32,000 nucleotides of DNA, taken from the NCBI RefSeq assembly GCF_900090215.1, contig NZ_LT594522.1, positions 90,001 through 122,000 on the forward strand. Reading direction: 5' to 3'. The stretch is from a secondary endosymbiont of Trabutina mannipara (GTDB taxonomy: Bacteria > Pseudomonadota > Gammaproteobacteria > Enterobacterales > Enterobacteriaceae). The notes below the pieces were generated by a model that saw nothing but the letters and a program-made list of their open reading frames with translations, had not been told where the DNA came from and made no database searches. Made by a program: the position numbers and the translations under genes. Below are positions 27,432 through 32,000 of this stretch, one piece after another. How positions within the stretch are numbered: position 1 is the first letter of the stretch; every line of letters starts with the position of its first letter.

Positions 27432-29408
27432 TTAGATATTTCTACAATTTTTTTTATTTTTCATTTTTGTTACATAACTATGTTTTTTAAAACACGTATA
27501 TGGTAATTCGCTTATAAAGCGTGAAGGTCTATAACAGACTTCTTTACCGTTTATATGGCGTTTTTTTGCATAAATAATAGTCAAATGCTCCATAGCACGA
27601 GTGATGCCAACATACGCTAATCTACGTTCTTCTTCTAGAAGTTCTTTGTCTTTTATTGAATTTTTGTTAGGAAACATTCCTTCTTCCATTCCTACAATAA
27701 AAACATAAGGAAATTCAAGTCCTTTGGATGAATGCAATGTCATTAATTGTACTGCATCTTTCGTACTACTAGCTGATTTATTGTCTTCTAGAACAGTGTG
27801 TGATAGAAAAGATTGTAGTGGTTTTAAATCTTTATTTTTTTTATTATAGCTCAATTGAAATTGGCTGGTGGCTGTAACTAGTTCTTTAAGATTTTCAATA
27901 CGTATCTTACCTCTTTCGCTTTTTTCTTTTTCGTACATTTCCAACAAACCGGAGTTTCTAATTACTCTATCAGTCTGTAAATATAACGGTAAATCAGAAA
28001 TTTCCTTTGTTAGATTATCTAGCAATTTTAAAAAATTCCTAAGTGCAGCATTTAAGCGCTTGTTTAGTAAATTTTCTGTAAGCAATATTTTGCTAGATTG
28101 CCAAAGTGTTATTTTTTTCTTTTTAGAAATCAGCCTAATTAAATCTAGTGTACGATCACCGATTCCTCTAGGTGGCATATTAATCACTCTTTCATAAGCT
28201 GAATCATCATTATGGTTATCGATAAGTCGCAGATATGAAAGTGCATCCTTAATTTCTTGACGCTCAAAGAATCTAATACCACCATAAATACTATAAGCTA
28301 GACTAGCTTGTAATAATGTTTCTTCTAATACACGTGATTGAGCATTATTTCGATAAAGAATAGCGCATTTTTTAAGATCTATACCATGTATATAATTATT
28401 CTTAATACTATTTACAACAAAATTAGCTTCATCTAGTTCGTTAAAAGCATGATACAGTGTAATTGGTTCACCTTCTATTTTTTTAGTCCATAGAATCTTT
28501 CCTAATCTGCTATTATTATGAGCAATAAGTGTATTAGCAGCTTGCAAAATATTGTTGGTAGAACGGTAATTTTGTTCTAATCGTATTATCTTTGCATTAG
28601 AAAAATCATAAATAAATCGCTGAATATTTTTTATATTAGCTCCACGCCAGCCATAAATAGACTGATCATCATCACCAACGATCATTATATTACTGTTATT
28701 ACTAACTAATATCTTAATCCATTCATACTGAATTTTATTCATATCCTGAAATTCATCTACTAAAATATTAGTAAATCGATTACGATAATAATTAAGAATA
28801 TGTTGTTTATTTATCCATAATTCATATGATCGCAACATTAATTCAGCAAAATCTACTATCCCGGTACGATCGCATGTTTCTTGATATATTTGATAAATAT
28901 CTTGCAAAGTAGCTTCAACCGAGTTACCGTAATCTTTTTTAGGGCGTAAACCTTCATCTTTTTTTTTGTCTATATACCACCTTGCTTGAATAGGTGTCCA
29001 CTTTTTATCATCTAGATTCATTTCGCGAATAATGCGTTTTAATAATCTTAGCTGATCTTCGCTATCGATAATCTTAAAATTTTGCGGAAGGTTAGCATCC
29101 TGATAGTGGGAACGCAACAAGCGGTAAGCTAATCCATGAAAAGTGCCAATACACATGCTATTGTGTCTAGTACTTAGAAGGTATTCGATACAATTTAGCA
29201 TTTTAACAGCTGCTTTGTTAGTAAATGTTGCTGCAATTACTGAATATGGAGAACATTTTTTAACAGATATTAACCAGGCTATACGATGTACCAAAACTTT
29301 AGTTTTACCGCTTCCAGCACCTGCTAGCACCAAAAAATTCCCTTTAGGTGCAGTAACTGCTTTCCGTTGTTTATAATTTAAATTTTTTAGTATATTGTAA
29401 ACTTCCAC
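27432..29408 (-). CDS. uvrD: DNA helicase II UvrD, terminated early by an in-frame TAA (658 codons)
   Basis: GTG start (complement of 29406-29408) with AGG 7 nt upstream. LNYKQRKAVTAPKGNFLVLAGAGSGKTKVLVHRIAWL, VDEFQD, GDDDQSIYGWRGA, QNYRST and VGITRA are collinear with E. coli UvrD (not Rep). The ORF stops at TAA (27432-27434), about 55 codons before the expected end. Confidence 0.93.
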   Translation of the reverse strand: MEVYNILKNLNYKQRKAVTAPKGNFLVLAGAGSGKTKVLVHRIAWLISVKKCSPYSVIAATFTNKAAVKMLNCIEYLLSTRHNSMCIGTFHGLAYRLLRSHYQDANLPQNFKIIDSEDQLRLLKRIIREMNLDDKKWTPIQARWYIDKKKDEGLRPKKDYGNSVEATLQDIYQIYQETCDRTGIVDFAELMLRSYELWINKQHILNYYRNRFTNILVDEFQDMNKIQYEWIKILVSNNSNIMIVGDDDQSIYGWRGANIKNIQRFIYDFSNAKIIRLEQNYRSTNNILQAANTLIAHNNSRLGKILWTKKIEGEPITLYHAFNELDEANFVVNSIKNNYIHGIDLKKCAILYRNNAQSRVLEETLLQASLAYSIYGGIRFFERQEIKDALSYLRLIDNHNDDSAYERVINMPPRGIGDRTLDLIRLISKKKKITLWQSSKILLTENLLNKRLNAALRNFLKLLDNLTKEISDLPLYLQTDRVIRNSGLLEMYEKEKSERGKIRIENLKELVTATSQFQLSYNKKNKDLKPLQSFLSHTVLEDNKSASSTKDAVQLMTLHSSKGLEFPYVFIVGMEEGMFPNKNSIKDKELLEEERRLAYVGITRAMEHLTIIYAKKRHINGKEVCYRPSRFISELPYTCFKKHSYVTKMKNKKNCRNI

Positions 29409-29499
29409 AACTGACCTTTAAAATATGCTAAATTTTTAATACGTAAAGGCTAAATTTTTAAATTTTAAAATTAAAGCAGCGCCTATAATCAGCAATTTT

Positions 29500-30039
29500 T
29501 TAAATTTTTTTAATTTTTATAGCACGTTCTAATGAATTTAATATTTCTTTTTTAGCTGCTTCAGCATTATCCCAACCTAAAATCTTTACCCATTTACCTT
29601 TTTCAATATCTTTATAGTGTTCGAAAAAATGTATAATTTGTTCTTTCAGGAGTGATGGAAAATTATCAATATCCTTGATGTGTTCATATTCTTTTGATAT
29701 CTTAGAATGCGGTACAGCAACAATTTTAGAATCTTCACCTAATTCATCTGTCATTTTTAGTATCCCTACCGGGCGACTCTTAATTACAGATCCTGGCTGC
29801 AGCGGATATGGGGTCGGTACTAACACGTCTACTGGATCCCCATCTAGAGATAAGGTATGGTTAATATATCCATAATTGCATGGATAAAACATCGTTGCAT
29901 ACAGAAAACGTTCTACAAATAGAGCGCCGCTTTCCTTATCAATTTCGTATTTAATAGGATCAGCATTGGCTGGAATTTCAATAATTACATAAATATCTTC
30001 TGGTAAATTTTTAATTTTTGGTATTTTATTTATGATCAT
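29500..30039 (-). CDS. ppa: Inorganic pyrophosphatase
   Basis: A 179-aa ORF with an ATG start. [34 protein letters not shown] and [31 protein letters not shown] are nearly identical to E. coli Ppa. Confidence 0.96.
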   Translation of the reverse strand: MIINKIPKIKNLPEDIYVIIEIPANADPIKYEIDKESGALFVERFLYATMFYPCNYGYINHTLSLDGDPVDVLVPTPYPLQPGSVIKSRPVGILKMTDELGEDSKIVAVPHSKISKEYEHIKDIDNFPSLLKEQIIHFFEHYKDIEKGKWVKILGWDNAEAAKKEILNSLERAIKIKKI

Positions 30040-30148
30040 TTTATTGTTCTCTGAACTTAAATAATAGTTAGACGAAAATTAATAAAAAAATAGCATAAAA
30101 CTATAAGCAATATTTCATTGAAATATTATTCAGCTGTTAAGCTAAAGT

Positions 30149-30742
30149 TTATGTACGTAAATATAGCCTGTATGCTACTTTTCCTGCAACCTTTTCCTTA
30201 TATATTTTCCAATTAATGGGTATAGAATAGGTACCTTTTTTTTCAGTTTCGATGTAAATCCAAGATTTTTTTGCAAGATGATTGTAATACTCTAGAAAAG
30301 CTACGGTTTTAGATATCATACCCTGATTAAATGGAGGATCAATAAAAACAATATCAAACTTATTAGCATCTGATGAATGTGCTAGCCACAAATTGGTATC
30401 TGTAGTGATAACCTGCGCTTGTTTTGTCTGTAATAGTTGCAACTTATTTAAAAGTTGTTGACTAATTAATCTATCTTGCTCAATTAGTGTTACGCTAGCA
30501 GCAGCACGAGATAATGCCTCTATGCCCAAAGCCCCGCTTCCAGCGAAACAATCTAGACAGTGTGCCCCCCTAATAAACGGCGCTAACCAATTAAATAAAG
30601 TTTCCCGTACTCTGTTAGGAGTAGGTCGCAAAGCTGTCCTATTTGGCACTAAAATTTTACTACCACGCCACATACCACCAATAATACGAATTATTCCAGT
30701 AGGACAATTATTAGTAAATTTTTTATTTTTTTTAAAAATCAA
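30149..30742 (-). CDS. rsmD: 16S rRNA (guanine966-N2)-methyltransferase RsmD
   Basis: A 197-aa ORF. IRIIGGMWRGSKI, RPTPNRVRETLFNWL, CLDCFAGSGALGIEALSR, FIDPPF and KVAGKVAYRLY are collinear with E. coli RsmD (198 aa). The start is uncertain: the tracked first codon is TTG without a visible Shine-Dalgarno, and the next ATG is codon 24. Confidence 0.88.
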   Translation of the reverse strand: MIFKKNKKFTNNCPTGIIRIIGGMWRGSKILVPNRTALRPTPNRVRETLFNWLAPFIRGAHCLDCFAGSGALGIEALSRAAASVTLIEQDRLISQQLLNKLQLLQTKQAQVITTDTNLWLAHSSDANKFDIVFIDPPFNQGMISKTVAFLEYYNHLAKKSWIYIETEKKGTYSIPINWKIYKEKVAGKVAYRLYLRT

Positions 30743-30762
30743 ATTATATAAATATACAATTA

Positions 30763-30812
30763 AATTGTATGATTTAAATTGTATGATAATTGTATGATTT
30801 AAATTGTATGAT
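30763..30812. repeat. Perfect 25-bp tandem duplication (aattgtatgatttaaattgtatgat x2), i.e. four copies of aattgtatgat, abutting a 17-bp palindrome at 30754-30770
   Basis: 30763-30787 is identical to 30788-30812. The 11-mer aattgtatgat starts at 30763, 30777, 30788 and 30802. atacaatt-a-aattgtat (30754-30770) is a palindrome that overlaps the first copy. Confidence 0.9.
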
Positions 30813-30934
30813 AATTATATCAAAAAAAATGAAAAATTCAGATAAAATTTTTTATTTTACATGAAATTTTACTAAAAATTAACGCCATTTTACGTTAAAA
30901 ATAAAATATTGATTTATCCTGGTTCAACTACATA

Positions 30935-30962
30935 GTGGTATCTATACCGTGGTATCTATACC
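30935..30962. repeat. Perfect 14-bp tandem duplication (gtggtatctatacc x2); each unit contains the inverted repeat ggtat-ct-atacc
   Basis: 30935-30948 is identical to 30949-30962. The pair is flanked by complementary cctggt (30918-30923) and accagg (30960-30965). Confidence 0.9.
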
Positions 30963-31114
30963 AGGTTTAATCTTAAAATTGATTAGATTAAGTTTACATA
31001 TACAAGTTTACACCTAGATAATATTTTTATATATATAATAGTTGCAAAAAAATTATTAAGAACTAAGATTTAGCGTAATGCAAAAGCGGCTTTTCTACTA
31101 GTTAGAGGTCATAA

Positions 31115-31972
31115 ATGATTAAATATATGCAAATTTTAGCTTATGTTCCCCAGGGAAGTTTAGAATACTATGTTAGGACTGCTAATGCTTATCCAATGTT
31201 AACAGCAAAAGAAGAACTAGAGTTGGCGGAAAGGTTTCACTATCATAGCGATTTAGAGGCTGCAAAGCAACTAATATTGTCACATTTGCGTTTTGTTATT
31301 CATATTGCACGTAATTATTCAGGATATGGCCTACCTCAAGCTGATTTAATCCAGGAAGGAAATATCGGTTTAATGAAAGCAGTTAGACGTTTTAACCCCA
31401 AAGTAGGGGTGCGTTTGGTTTCATTTGTAGTTCATTGGATTAAAGCTGAAATTCACGAATACGTATTGCGCAACTGGCGTATTGTAAAAATAGCGACTAC
31501 TAAAGCACAGCGCAAACTATTCTTTAATCTGCGTAAAACTAAACCTAGATTAGGTTGGTTTAACCAAAAAGAAGTAGAAATGGTAGCAAAAGAGCTAGGC
31601 GTATCTAGCAAAGATGTTCGTGAAATGGAGTCCCGTATGGCTGATCAAGACATAGCTTTTGATCCAACACCAGAAGATGAAAATTCAGAAGGACATACTA
31701 TTGCTCCCTTACTTTATTTACATGATAAATCATCTGATTTTGCTGATAGCATTGAAGAGGCTAATTGGGACAATCATGCTGTTGATAAGTTAAGTATAGC
31801 TCTAAGAGCACTTGATGAGCGAAGCCGTAACATCATACGTGCGCGTTGGTTAGATGATACTAATAAAAGTACCCTGCAATCATTAGCCTACAAGTATGGT
31901 ATTTCAGCAGAACGTGTGCGTCAACTTGAAAAAAATGCAATGAAAAAAATACGTTTAGCGATCGAGGAATAA
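31115..31972 (+). CDS. rpoH: RNA polymerase sigma-32 (heat-shock sigma factor RpoH)
   Basis: A 285-aa ORF with an ATG and a GAGG Shine-Dalgarno. [43 protein letters not shown] and the RpoH box-like segment [14 protein letters not shown] are almost identical to E. coli RpoH (284 aa). Confidence 0.96.
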   Translation: MIKYMQILAYVPQGSLEYYVRTANAYPMLTAKEELELAERFHYHSDLEAAKQLILSHLRFVIHIARNYSGYGLPQADLIQEGNIGLMKAVRRFNPKVGVRLVSFVVHWIKAEIHEYVLRNWRIVKIATTKAQRKLFFNLRKTKPRLGWFNQKEVEMVAKELGVSSKDVREMESRMADQDIAFDPTPEDENSEGHTIAPLLYLHDKSSDFADSIEEANWDNHAVDKLSIALRALDERSRNIIRARWLDDTNKSTLQSLAYKYGISAERVRQLEKNAMKKIRLAIEE

Positions 31973-32000
31973 AAAAATAAGCTATTTAGTTGTTGATATG

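Noticed and set aside
30763-30812. Checked the direct-repeat array as a possible CRISPR.
   Set aside because: The units are 11-25 bp and contiguous, with no unique spacers. There are only two to four copies and no cas genes in the window. This is a simple tandem duplication.

Overview
This is a strongly AT-rich, gene-dense chromosomal segment that looks like a reduced-genome, Enterobacterales-derived endosymbiont; I cannot name the organism from the sequence. Nearly every long ORF is a close, collinear homologue of an E. coli housekeeping gene: rho, yqgE, ruvX/yqgF, yggT, suhB, iscS, hisS, der, dnaB, ssb, proS, tilS, dnaE, skp, bamA, frr, tsf, rpsB, map, uvrD, ppa, rsmD and rpoH. There are also five tRNA genes: Leu (partial), His and Arg in an argX-hisR-leuT-type cluster, plus Trp and initiator fMet. 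Gene order follows several E. coli synteny blocks from which many genes have been cleanly removed or left as wrecks. Wrecks include a trxA pseudogene, a fabZ pseudogene and a possible lpxD stub. The expected slots for pyrH, dxr-uppS-cdsA-rseP, lpxA-lpxB-rnhB, accA, iscR/iscU-fdx, yfgM-bamB and ftsYEX are empty. I see no CRISPR array, no transposase, integrase or phage gene, no toxin-antitoxin or defence-like cassette, and no unexplained long ORF, so I do not find a novel multi-gene system here. The points worth a second look are genome-erosion phenomena. (1) tilS is broken by a 1-nt frameshift inside an A9 run that is also an in-phase slippery heptamer. (2) uvrD carries one in-frame TAA followed by a still well-conserved 53-codon tail. 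(3) dnaE lacks about 67 C-terminal codons. (4) iscS is an orphan with a trimmed C-terminus. (5) bamA and skp are intact amid erased lipid A, fatty-acid and phospholipid genes. (6) Perfect 13-25 bp tandem duplications recur, several touching stop codons or promoter regions. All remaining short ORFs in the six-frame track are antisense or out-of-frame shadows of conserved genes.
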